Shown here in pieces: positions 49,863-58,794 of a DNA stretch of 64,000 nucleotides. Below the pieces are notes generated by a model. The model had not been told where the DNA came from. It saw only the letters and a program-made list of their open reading frames with translations, and made no database searches. Origin of the DNA: Candidatus Campbellbacteria bacterium (GTDB taxonomy: Bacteria > Patescibacteriota > Minisyncoccia > Phycocordibacterales > JAXHMZ01). Position 1 is the first letter of the stretch. Each line of letters opens with the position of its first letter. A program made the translations under genes and the position numbers. Location: positions 26,352 through 90,351 of the forward strand of contig JAXHMZ010000005.1 in assembly GCA_034521025.1 (NCBI GenBank), given 5' to 3'.

Positions 49863-51122
49863 ATGAATAAAAGAACTTACACTGCTCTGGTAGATTGCAA
49901 CAATTTCTTCGTATCCTGCGAGCGACTTTTTCGTCCCGAGCTAGGAGAAAGGCCGGTAGTTGTATTGTCCAATAACGACGGTTGCGTGGTAGCCCGCTCT
50001 AATGAAGTGAAAAGAATGGGTATCCCGATGGGAGCACCCTATTTTCAGGTAAAAGATTCTTTGAAACAAAAAGGAGTTACCGTCTTCTCCGGTAACTTTT
50101 CCCTTTACAACGATTTGTCCAAGAGAGTTATGAGCGTGATCGATGATTGTGCAGAAGAGATAGAAGTTTATTCCATAGACGAGAGCTTCGTAACTCTCAG
50201 AGGCGACAAGTTAGAGGTGGAACGTCAAGCTCGCGAAATAAAGAAACGAGTGGAGCGCGGTACGGGCATCCCTGTTTCGATCGGCGTATCTTCAAGTAAG
50301 ACGCTGGCCAAGCTCGCGAGCGAGAAAGCAAAAAGCACGGGGGTCTTTATGATCTCTGAAGATGAACGCGAGGCAATTCTCAGAGAAACCGATGTCGGTG
50401 AAATATGGGGTGTGGGAAGACAACTGCGCTCCAGGCTATCAAGCTCTAATATAGTCTCGGCTCTCGCCTTGGCGGAATCTAGCGATCAATGGCTTCGCGC
50501 CACACTCGGATTATCCGGACTCAGGGTGGCTTACGAGTTGCGCGGAGTAAAAGCGCTATCTGACGACCACCTTCGTAAAGACAAGAAGGCAATAATATCT
50601 TCGCGTTCATTCGGAAAAAAGACCCGCCAAAAGAAAGACCTGGAAGAGTCGGTTGCTCATCACATAACCAACGCGGCACGAAAGATGCGAAAACAATGTA
50701 GCGCGGCAAAGTATGTGTCAGTCACGATCAGCGTGCAAGAAAGGAGCAACAAAAAAAGCCTTTCTGGCTTTCGCGATCTTTTATATCACACGAACGATTC
50801 TCTGGAGTTGATCAAACACGCCCACGACATACTCTCGGAGATCTATCAGGACAATTCATTGTACTGTAAAGCCGGCGTTCTTTTGTCTGATTTTACTCAA
50901 ATCGAACTTGCTCCCGAAAAAACTCTGTTTGAGGATCTAAAAACAAAAGACAGAAAAGAGCTTATGGATACCCTTGACACTATCGAGAAAAAGCACGGCC
51001 AAAACGCGCTTTTCTCCGCGGCTGTGGGTATAAGACAAAGCTGGTCTTTGCGGAGTGAGTTTTCTTCTCCGGCTTATACTACCCAATGGAAAAGTCTTCC
51101 TAGTGTCAAAACAAGCCCTTAA
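49863..51122 (+). CDS. umuC: DNA polymerase V subunit UmuC (Y family)
   Basis: ALVDCNNFFVSCE, VVLSNNDGCVVARS, YSIDESF, SRSFG, SPAYTTQW. Confidence 0.95.
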   Translation: MNKRTYTALVDCNNFFVSCERLFRPELGERPVVVLSNNDGCVVARSNEVKRMGIPMGAPYFQVKDSLKQKGVTVFSGNFSLYNDLSKRVMSVIDDCAEEIEVYSIDESFVTLRGDKLEVERQAREIKKRVERGTGIPVSIGVSSSKTLAKLASEKAKSTGVFMISEDEREAILRETDVGEIWGVGRQLRSRLSSSNIVSALALAESSDQWLRATLGLSGLRVAYELRGVKALSDDHLRKDKKAIISSRSFGKKTRQKKDLEESVAHHITNAARKMRKQCSAAKYVSVTISVQERSNKKSLSGFRDLLYHTNDSLELIKHAHDILSEIYQDNSLYCKAGVLLSDFTQIELAPEKTLFEDLKTKDRKELMDTLDTIEKKHGQNALFSAAVGIRQSWSLRSEFSSPAYTTQWKSLPSVKTSP

Positions 51123-51138
51123 AGTCGGGTATTTCCCA

Positions 51139-51178
51139 AATTTAAATGCTTCAATCTATAGATTGAAGCATTTAAATT
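51139..51178. repeat. Perfect 40-bp palindrome (copy 3 of the TCAATCTATAGATTGA family)
   Basis: AATTTAAATGCTTCAATCTATAGATTGAAGCATTTAAATT between convergent umuC and peptidase genes. Confidence 0.95.
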
Positions 51179-51202
51179 GAAAATAGACAGCTAAACTCCT
51201 AG

Positions 51203-53047
51203 CTAAATTTCGCAGAGGGATTCAGAAAGACTGAAGACTTCGGCTGTTCTTTGGCACAAATCGAGTAGATTCTCGCTTTTTAGGATCGTGTGTCCTTCTT
51301 CTTCATAATTCACAAGCTCTACGTTCTTGCCTTCTTCTTCGGCAAAAGAGTAAAACTCCGTAGATTGCCACGTTGGCACTGTCGCATCATCTTCACCGTA
51401 TACGAGAAGTATTTTTTCGTCGTCAATGTTATCCAAACGACTCATTATAGAAGCCGCTTCGTACTTGTCTTCATTGTCTCTGTTTGGAGTGCCGTCAAAG
51501 TAGGTTTTGAACGGAGACGAAGGGATCCTTGAAATAAGACTCTCCCAATCAAGTACACCTGACAAAGATACTACGGCATCAATTTCTTCCGGGTCTTCCA
51601 CAAGAGTTCGAGCACCCAGATATCCACCGTAGCTGTTACCAAGCAAGTACACGTTGCTTATGTCCCTTTCCTTTTTGATCTCTTCTATAGACTTAAGAAC
51701 ATCACTTACATCCGCTACGCCTAAGTTGTCATCAAGTCTTTCGCGTAGCTCTTCGCCGTGTCCCCAACTACCGGCATAGTCGATCTTTAGTACATTAGCC
51801 TCTTCGGCGAAACGCTCGAGAAATTCATCGTAAACCGCGTACCCATAGAAGGTATGGTAACCGATAGAGGTCTGCCTCATTGGACCGCCGTGAAGCCAAA
51901 CGATCAAAGGAAGTTCTCCGGTTTCTCCTTCAGGAGTTAAAAGAACTCCGGGTACGCCATCAAGATCTACCGCGGTTCGCGTTATCTTATCGGAAGCTTC
52001 TCGCGGTTCTACCGCAGACAGCACCGTGCGCTTCTCTCCTTCCCGCGCGTCTGGCTCATAGATGATCACATTTTTGTTTGTACCGTCTACTTTTTCGTAC
52101 ATTAGGGCGCTGTGTGTCTTTTTGAGGTTGCCGTACCAGTCGTCATAACCCACATCACTATCAACTACCTCGGTTTCTCCTGACTCGGGATCATAGGAAT
52201 AAAGATTCCAAATGTACGGACCGGAGGGACCCTCCTCAGAGTTTGCTATGTAATAAAGAGTGTCGCCGATAAACTCATACTCAACCACGGTATAGTCGCC
52301 TTCGTTAACCTCTTCTTTGTCCTCCAAGTCATCGATAGGAGCGACAAAAAGCTTTTTGAATCCGTCTACCTCTTCCAGATAGGCCACCCGTTCTTCTCTA
52401 TTATCAAAAACCACATAGCTCGGGGTTTCGGTAGAAATTGACATTTCCTTACCATTAATTAGATTCCATATTTTATGCTCATCGTCTCCTCCGTAATAAG
52501 CCGTTATGTACTTGCCATGCTCCGAGAGGCTTATATATGGGTAATAGGTTTTTTCTGTTGAAATTTCAGAGATCTTTCCGGTTGATACCTGATACCTTGT
52601 TATTTCACCGCCATTACCAACAAAAACCACCGCGTCGTTCGCGTAGGTTATAGAAGTCCTAATAGATGGTCCATTGTAAGGTATTAAACTAATGAAAGAA
52701 GAATCGTCACCGTCCACGGCGTACAAAGCGCGGTATGTGTTGTCACCAATTTCGGCAAGCTTAACTACCGCGCGATGACCGTCAACGCTTTTTTCGTAGT
52801 CAGTCTTTCCGAGAATTTCCGGAAAAACTTGCGGGGCATCATTGTCCTCGTTTTCATCGTATAAAAGCTCTCCGCACTGTCCACTAAAGTCACAGACAGA
52901 GAAAGTATATCCGTCGGTCGTTCTGTATTTCAAAATTACCTCATCACCCACGATGTCTTCCACACTGGCATAGTTAACCTGATAAGCATCCGCTACATTC
53001 GGAGCAATCAAGAATACCGGCACTATTAAGAGAATTAATTTTTTCAT
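51203..53047 (-). CDS. Secreted S9 (prolyl oligopeptidase family) serine peptidase
   Basis: Signal peptide, propeller-like N-half, VWLHGGP, GNSYGGY, GEDDATVP, EEGH. Confidence 0.9.
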   Translation of the reverse strand: MKKLILLIVPVFLIAPNVADAYQVNYASVEDIVGDEVILKYRTTDGYTFSVCDFSGQCGELLYDENEDNDAPQVFPEILGKTDYEKSVDGHRAVVKLAEIGDNTYRALYAVDGDDSSFISLIPYNGPSIRTSITYANDAVVFVGNGGEITRYQVSTGKISEISTEKTYYPYISLSEHGKYITAYYGGDDEHKIWNLINGKEMSISTETPSYVVFDNREERVAYLEEVDGFKKLFVAPIDDLEDKEEVNEGDYTVVEYEFIGDTLYYIANSEEGPSGPYIWNLYSYDPESGETEVVDSDVGYDDWYGNLKKTHSALMYEKVDGTNKNVIIYEPDAREGEKRTVLSAVEPREASDKITRTAVDLDGVPGVLLTPEGETGELPLIVWLHGGPMRQTSIGYHTFYGYAVYDEFLERFAEEANVLKIDYAGSWGHGEELRERLDDNLGVADVSDVLKSIEEIKKERDISNVYLLGNSYGGYLGARTLVEDPEEIDAVVSLSGVLDWESLISRIPSSPFKTYFDGTPNRDNEDKYEAASIMSRLDNIDDEKILLVYGEDDATVPTWQSTEFYSFAEEEGKNVELVNYEEEGHTILKSENLLDLCQRTAEVFSLSESLCEI

Positions 53048-53193
53048 AACTTTTATTTATTTTTAAACCCGCTTCTATACCCTACTGAAGACGATCGATC
53101 ATCTTCGCTTCTTACTTAACACAGTACCACGTCTCGCCCTAATTTATAAATCAAATAAAGAAATGTTGAGTATATCCGCTCCTTTTACATTGC

Positions 53194-54213
53194 TCATTGA
53201 GATGAAGGCAATGTGAACTTGCACGTACCGCTAATATCGCCGAGTACCCTGTCGCAAAGCGCGGTACGATTTTCTCCCTCATAGAAAGACGGCTGATTGC
53301 CTGAGATCAAAAACGGATAAACTCTAAAATCCGTTGCTTCTTCCTTGAAGACAACTTCTACGCCGGCGCCGGTACGATTTTCCTCTAATATTTGATCAAA
53401 AATAAAATTCCCGAGTGAATAGAATACAACCGAATCTTCAATTATCTCCGCGGGCTGCAACACGTGCGGATGGTGACCAATAATAAGATCGGCTCCGGAA
53501 GCCACCAATGCACGCGCGAGTGTTGTTTGATTTTGGTTTGGCTCTGTCTCATATTCATTGCCCCAGTGCATATACACAACCACCACATCAGCGACAGAGC
53601 TTGCCTCCGCAACCTCTTTTATCATCATTTCCTCAGAGTGAGAGTTCATGGTGGTATCAAAACCCAAAAATGCGACAGTCCTGTCATTTATCTCTTGATA
53701 ATGAACAGTTGGTTTGGGGTTAAAACCTCCAAAATCATCTATTCCGTTTTCGGAAAGTATTCTTTTAGTGTCTTTCTCTCCCTCTTCATAGCAATCCAGC
53801 GTGTGGTTGTTTGAAATACTTACGGCAGTAATTCCAGCGCTTTTAAGTAAAGAGACATATTCCGGCTCAAACCGAAATGTATACGGTTTTTCTTGGCATT
53901 CTTGGGAGTCGGTAAATGGACCCTCAAGATTAACCGCTACAACGTCAAAAGCCCCCATTCTGATCGTATCTTTCACATTTTCAAAAGGATCAACGCCGGA
54001 TTTAATAGAGGCCTCCACTCCCCGATCAAGCATCAGGTCACCAAAATGTATCGTTTTTATCGGTATACTTACTCCAGAGCTATCTTCTGTTTTCTTTTCA
54101 GTTGTATTTTGAGAGGAAATAGTCGCAACCTCTTCACGCTTCGTTTCTTGAAAGAAAATGGTGGAGAACACCGATAGATTGACCAACAGAAGCAGGAGGA
54201 TGATTTTTCGCAT
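53194..54213 (-). CDS. CapA/PGA_cap family metallophosphoesterase
   Basis: GDLMLDR, NLEGP, NNHTLD, HWGNEY, GHHPHV, YSLGNFIFDQ. Confidence 0.92.
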   Translation of the reverse strand: MRKIILLLLLVNLSVFSTIFFQETKREEVATISSQNTTEKKTEDSSGVSIPIKTIHFGDLMLDRGVEASIKSGVDPFENVKDTIRMGAFDVVAVNLEGPFTDSQECQEKPYTFRFEPEYVSLLKSAGITAVSISNNHTLDCYEEGEKDTKRILSENGIDDFGGFNPKPTVHYQEINDRTVAFLGFDTTMNSHSEEMMIKEVAEASSVADVVVVYMHWGNEYETEPNQNQTTLARALVASGADLIIGHHPHVLQPAEIIEDSVVFYSLGNFIFDQILEENRTGAGVEVVFKEEATDFRVYPFLISGNQPSFYEGENRTALCDRVLGDISGTCKFTLPSSQ

Positions 54214-54272
54214 TGCCCACAGTATACTACATCCACACTCGCAAAAAGAAGTTTTTTGATATACTTATAACA

Positions 54273-56171
54273 ATGAATCAAGACGGAAATTCCCCAAACA
54301 GTCCTCAGAACTTCAGCGCCGGTACTTCCGGCAGCAGTCCTACTAAAGGCAGGGGTTTGCGCACTCTAGAGCAAGATATGGAAGCTCTCAAAAAACGCGG
54401 CTTGCGCGGAGGAGAGAATAAACAAAAGAAAGAACAAAGCGAGCAACACGGCACGCAAAACGAAGCAAAACCAGCAGAGCCGCCGACCGCTCCCAAAGCT
54501 AAAGTCGGAAAAGAACAGGATCAAAGCGGCTCAAATACAGGGGTGCCGGAGCGACCTAACAACCCTCGCAAAACACACTACAAAGAAGAGTTGGATAAAC
54601 TGGCTGATCTATATATTCCAAGTAAAAAGCCAGCTAAAGATGATGAAGACAAAGGAAGGGCTGAAGATCTTAAAAGCAAAACCACCGAAGAAAGAGAGAG
54701 TCCGGACCTTGAAGGCAAATCTGAAGAGAAGGAAGACGGCACTGACGACGCAATAAAATCGTTTGAAAGCAACAAGGAATTTAACGAAAAACTGCACAAA
54801 CAACGCACTGAGAAAGAAACCGAGACCAAATCGGCAGAGAAAGGATCTAAAGAAGAGACGAAAGAGAAAGACGATGAAAAAGAAGAGGCTTCAACTGAGA
54901 AAAACTTGAGCGCGACTGAAGCTATTCAAAAAACACACAAAAAAGAAGAATCTGACAAAGACAAGACTGAAGAAAAGAAAGACAAAAAGGAGGAGAAGTT
55001 TAAAGATCTTTCCGAAGAAGAGATCACAAAACAAATAAACGAAGTTCTCGGAAAGAACAAGGGGGTTTCAGAAGAAAACGAGAAGCAAGACGAAGAAACT
55101 GAAGAGCTTTATGAAGAGGCTACAGTAGAAGACCTTGAATCGTCTATCTCTACCCTTTCAACACAAATTACTTCAAGCTCTTCACGAATTGAGACTCTAC
55201 AAGACGACAAGAAGGACGTCTCTGAGACATTAGATAACCTCAAAGAGCGCCGAGAAATAATCGACAAGAACTTAGAACCGATCAAAGACAAAGAAGAAGA
55301 AATAACAAAAGAGATCAAAGAACTGGAAGGAGCTGAGGCTAACTCCAGTAATAAAGCTGAAAAGCGCGATGCTGAACGCAAACGCTGGAAGAAAGAAAGA
55401 GAACGAAGAGAAATGGAAGACGATCGTTGGCGTCTAGAAGAAATATATGAAAAATTGCGACACATCATCGAAAAAACTGAAAACGAACTGAGCTCGATCG
55501 AAAACAAACTAAGAGACGAAAGAGAGAGAAAACAGAACTTAGAAAGCGAAAAAGAGGAAACTACTACCCACCGAGACTTGTTGGTCAAGAAGAATGAGAA
55601 GAAAAAAGCTGAATCAGAACGCGATGAAGCGCAGAAACAAATCTCCTCACTAAAAGAAGAGTTAAATGAGATCAGAGAAGAAGAAAAGAAGCTAGAAGAT
55701 CAAAAGCGTGATCTGGACGGGAGGATCACTAGCTCACACGATGCTAAGAAGCGCCGCGAAATGGGTGAAGAAAGACGGCAGGTTGAAGACAAACGACACG
55801 AAGTAGAAGAAGAGCGTTGGTCAAAAGAAGATAAGCTGAAAGAAGCTTATCGTAATAAAGACGAAAAGGATAAGAACCTCAATATGATCTCAAACGAGGT
55901 TAATTCCCTTAAGAAAAAGTTGGATGAATTAAAATCCGTAAGCGTAGATCTAAACAGCCGCGAACAAGAAAAAGAAAGCGAAAAAGAAAAGAACGAAGAA
56001 TATACAAGCGACCAAGACAAAGAAGAACACAACAACAACCATCTAGGCAATTTTAAAGAGGAGAACGAAAATAAAAAAGAACAAAACACGGAGAATCAAA
56101 AAGACGAGAGCGAAGAGAAGAAGAGTGAAGAAGATAATCAAAATAACGGATCTGAAGACAACAAAAAATAA
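54273..56171 (+). CDS. Highly charged coiled-coil protein of unknown function
   Basis: Long E/K/R-rich ORF; N-terminal LRTLEQDM motif, disordered region, heptad region with repeated E..RW motifs; start taken at MNQDG. Confidence 0.75.
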   Translation: MNQDGNSPNSPQNFSAGTSGSSPTKGRGLRTLEQDMEALKKRGLRGGENKQKKEQSEQHGTQNEAKPAEPPTAPKAKVGKEQDQSGSNTGVPERPNNPRKTHYKEELDKLADLYIPSKKPAKDDEDKGRAEDLKSKTTEERESPDLEGKSEEKEDGTDDAIKSFESNKEFNEKLHKQRTEKETETKSAEKGSKEETKEKDDEKEEASTEKNLSATEAIQKTHKKEESDKDKTEEKKDKKEEKFKDLSEEEITKQINEVLGKNKGVSEENEKQDEETEELYEEATVEDLESSISTLSTQITSSSSRIETLQDDKKDVSETLDNLKERREIIDKNLEPIKDKEEEITKEIKELEGAEANSSNKAEKRDAERKRWKKERERREMEDDRWRLEEIYEKLRHIIEKTENELSSIENKLRDERERKQNLESEKEETTTHRDLLVKKNEKKKAESERDEAQKQISSLKEELNEIREEEKKLEDQKRDLDGRITSSHDAKKRREMGEERRQVEDKRHEVEEERWSKEDKLKEAYRNKDEKDKNLNMISNEVNSLKKKLDELKSVSVDLNSREQEKESEKEKNEEYTSDQDKEEHNNNHLGNFKEENENKKEQNTENQKDESEEKKSEEDNQNNGSEDNKK

Positions 56172-56277
56172 GCTTGTTGTTCCCTGTCGCGAGCAATAAA
56201 TAAATATGATGAAACTGTTCGCTTGCCTTAGCGTAAGGAATAATATAGTATCAGAGTATAATTTTTTTAAATTGTCT

Positions 56278-56823
56278 ATGGAAGAACAAGCTAAATCACA
56301 AAAACATACATTACCCGGCGGGCCGTACAAAATGGATCCGCGCTACATTTGGTACTATATGATAGGACACACCGTTACACTTCTTTTTATTATAGTTTTA
56401 CTTATAGGAGGTATTTTTCTTGAATTAACAATTAATCTCACCTCTCCGGTCGTGGGTCTAATTTTATCGTTAATTCTAGTTCTGATACTTATACTAGGAG
56501 TCTATGGGTGGACTAGACTTGTCTATCATTTTTACCGATATGAGCTATGGGAGGATGAATTTCGAAAGGAATACGGAGTTATTAATAAGAAATACGCATC
56601 TATACCGTACGATCGTATTCAAAACGTTGATATAAGCCGCGGCTTGCTACAACGCATCTTTGGTCTTTCAGAAATTAGGATTCAAACTGCCGGCCAAAGC
56701 GGCTTGGTTATCGCCGAAGGAAGTCTACCCGGTCTTTCAAAAGAAAATGCCGAAGACCTTCGAGAACTACTCTTAGACATTTCACGCACCAGACGAACCA
56801 AAACTCAACAAGACGGTTTGTGA
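56278..56823 (+). CDS. Membrane protein with bPH_2 (YdbS-like) domain
   Basis: Two TM helices; IPYDRIQNVDISRGLLQRIFGLSEIRIQTAG. Confidence 0.88.
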   Translation: MEEQAKSQKHTLPGGPYKMDPRYIWYYMIGHTVTLLFIIVLLIGGIFLELTINLTSPVVGLILSLILVLILILGVYGWTRLVYHFYRYELWEDEFRKEYGVINKKYASIPYDRIQNVDISRGLLQRIFGLSEIRIQTAGQSGLVIAEGSLPGLSKENAEDLRELLLDISRTRRTKTQQDGL

Positions 56824-56833
56824 CCCCTCTGCT

Positions 56834-56856
56834 CTCCCTAGGTTAAACCTAGGGAG
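56834..56856. repeat. Palindrome CTCCCTAGGTT-A-AACCTAGGGAG
   Basis: 11-bp arms around one base, 10 nt after a stop codon; shares the AGGTTAAACCT core with 44749. Confidence 0.85.
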
Positions 56857-56927
56857 GGTGAAAGAGTTTTCTCGACCTCTTTCCTGTTAGATTCCAGGTA
56901 GTATGATATAAAGCATTGCTTAAACTT

Positions 56928-56958
56928 AAAAGACTCGAGACAAGTCTCGAGTCTTTTT
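56928..56958 (-). terminator. Terminator hairpin 3' of tRNA-His
   Basis: AAAAAGACTCGAGAC-AA-GTCTCGAGTCTTTTT. Confidence 0.75.
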
Positions 56959-56963
56959 TAATG

Positions 56964-57036
56964 GGTGCCTACCCGGAATCGAACCGGGGTCTGAAGCTCC
57001 ACAAGCTACCGTAATAACCGTTATACCATAGGCACC
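56964..57036 (-). tRNA. tRNA-His (GTG) with encoded G-1; CCA not fully encoded
   Basis: Cloverleaf G-GTGCCTA...GTAGC-TTGTGGA-GCTTC...CCCGG-TTCGATT-CCGGG-TAGGCAC-C. Confidence 0.95.
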
Positions 57037-57048
57037 ATATTTTGTTTT

Positions 57049-57627
57049 CTAGGTATAGTCTGGCGCTTTTTCGTCTATACCATAGATATAATTGGAGTAA
57101 CGCGCAAGTGCGTAAAGCAAAGAAGAAAGTCTATTCATATATTTCCGTGTTTGCTTGCTAACTTTCTTCTCCCCTGATTCGTGCAAAAGCACCACACGCC
57201 TTTCTGCTCTACGGGCGAGAGTTCGAGCTACATCAAAGCGAGACGCCAGCTCCGTACCTCCGGAAATAAAAAAAGTTTTTATCGGAGGAAGTTCTTTTTC
57301 AATACTATCTATGTAGTTCTCTATTTTCGTAACTTTATTTGCCGTGATCTTTTTATCTGCTCCGGCGAGCTCTGCTTGTACAATAAAAAGATTCCCTTGT
57401 ACCTCGTGCGCGACATCAGCCAACAGAACTTTTCGCCTTTTTTTGCCCTTTAACTCAAGAGAGTAATTCCATTTCCGTGCCTCTACCTTGCACGACCCTA
57501 GAAAGGAATTGATCTCATCCATTGACCCCAGAGCTTCCGCGCGTGGAGAGCTTTTCGTAATTCGCTCGCCCGGACCGGCGCTAAAGGTTTTTGTAGTGCC
57601 GTCGTCCCCTCGTCTCGTGTAAAGCAT
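57049..57627 (-). CDS. PduO-type ATP:cob(I)alamin adenosyltransferase
   Basis: LYTRRGDDGTT, GSMDEINSFLG, ARTLARRAER, YMNRLSSLLYALAR. Confidence 0.92.
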   Translation of the reverse strand: MLYTRRGDDGTTKTFSAGPGERITKSSPRAEALGSMDEINSFLGSCKVEARKWNYSLELKGKKRRKVLLADVAHEVQGNLFIVQAELAGADKKITANKVTKIENYIDSIEKELPPIKTFFISGGTELASRFDVARTLARRAERRVVLLHESGEKKVSKQTRKYMNRLSSLLYALARYSNYIYGIDEKAPDYT

Positions 57628-57715
57628 TGGCGTTATAGTACCACAATTTTGACCATTGAAAAGAAAAGCCCACTCGATAATGAGACGGGTTATGTCTAGA
57701 GAATTTTATTAACTT

Positions 57716-58216
57716 TTAGCTTTTATAGGAGCGGATTTCGTTCCCGCGGTACGCTCTGCAGATCTCTTTAATACTCTCAGGATCTTTGGATTTACTATCA
57801 ATTTGGACAACAACCAGAATCTCTCCAGCACGTACACGTTCTTCGTATGTTTCGGCGTCCTCGCGCGCGACCCCGAACCTTGCCAAAGAGCCAACTAGTC
57901 CACGTCGGATAATTGCCGTAACCGCATCAGACATAACGCTCGATGTATCGTTCATTCCCAATACATCAGCAAGGTCTCCGGCGACAAACACCCTTCCTGT
58001 TCCGGAGATCGCGCCTTTAGTTGCCATAACTCCGGCAACTGATTCACTCGTTTGTTCCTTGGTACTTTTGGAACTTTCCCGGCGCTGTGACCCTTCTATC
58101 CCATCTAGGTATATATAAGAGATATTTTTACTTGAGCCCACAACTTCGAGCAATTCTCGTATAGCTCCTTCGGCTTCAGTTTTTTTGGAAAACGCACCAA
58201 CAATTGTATTGTTCAT
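57716..58216 (-). CDS. General-stress / YflT-like protein
   Basis: TIVGAF....AEGAIREL, GLVGSLARFGVAREDAETYEERVRAGEILVVV. Confidence 0.7.
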   Translation of the reverse strand: MNNTIVGAFSKKTEAEGAIRELLEVVGSSKNISYIYLDGIEGSQRRESSKSTKEQTSESVAGVMATKGAISGTGRVFVAGDLADVLGMNDTSSVMSDAVTAIIRRGLVGSLARFGVAREDAETYEERVRAGEILVVVQIDSKSKDPESIKEICRAYRGNEIRSYKS

Positions 58217-58307
58217 AATTTTTTGGATTAAGCGCCGGCGCTTTCGTGTCAAACCACGCTAGCATTTTCATTTTATTTGTCCAGTTCGTGATAACTTAAA
58301 GACGAAA

Positions 58308-58787
58308 CTACACCTTATTTCTTACGAGAAAGTCGTGGGCTTCTCTGAACATTTCTCGTGAATTTTCCGGCAACAACCTTAACACTTCTTCAAAACCAGC
58401 CCATTTGTATTCAGAAAACTCATTTTCTTCAATAGTTACGTTTGGCACCTCAGACCCGGGAGTAGTAACTTGGCCCAGGAAATATGTATTTATTTTTCGA
58501 ATTATACTTCCGTCCGGTTTTTCATAAAAATATTCCTCAGAAAAAGGCGAGCTATTTATGACAGCGTTCGGCTCCAGGCTCATTCCGGTCTCTTCTCTAA
58601 GCTCTCGCGCGGCGGCCTCTGCTTCATCTTCTTCGTCTGAATCCTTATGACCTTTTGGAAATTTCCAAAATATTTTCCTTCCATCTTTGCCTTGAGTTTT
58701 GCCAATAAAAAATACGTACTCTCCCGACAGCTCGCGGTAAAAAGGTATCACTCCATAAGCATAATCTCTTTGTATATCCATATGCAC
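58308..58787 (-). CDS. NUDIX hydrolase (Ap4A-hydrolase-like)
   Basis: WKFPKGH...AAARELREETG Nudix box. Confidence 0.9.
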   Translation of the reverse strand: MHMDIQRDYAYGVIPFYRELSGEYVFFIGKTQGKDGRKIFWKFPKGHKDSDEEDEAEAAARELREETGMSLEPNAVINSSPFSEEYFYEKPDGSIIRKINTYFLGQVTTPGSEVPNVTIEENEFSEYKWAGFEEVLRLLPENSREMFREAHDFLVRNKV

Positions 58788-58794
58788 TATATAT

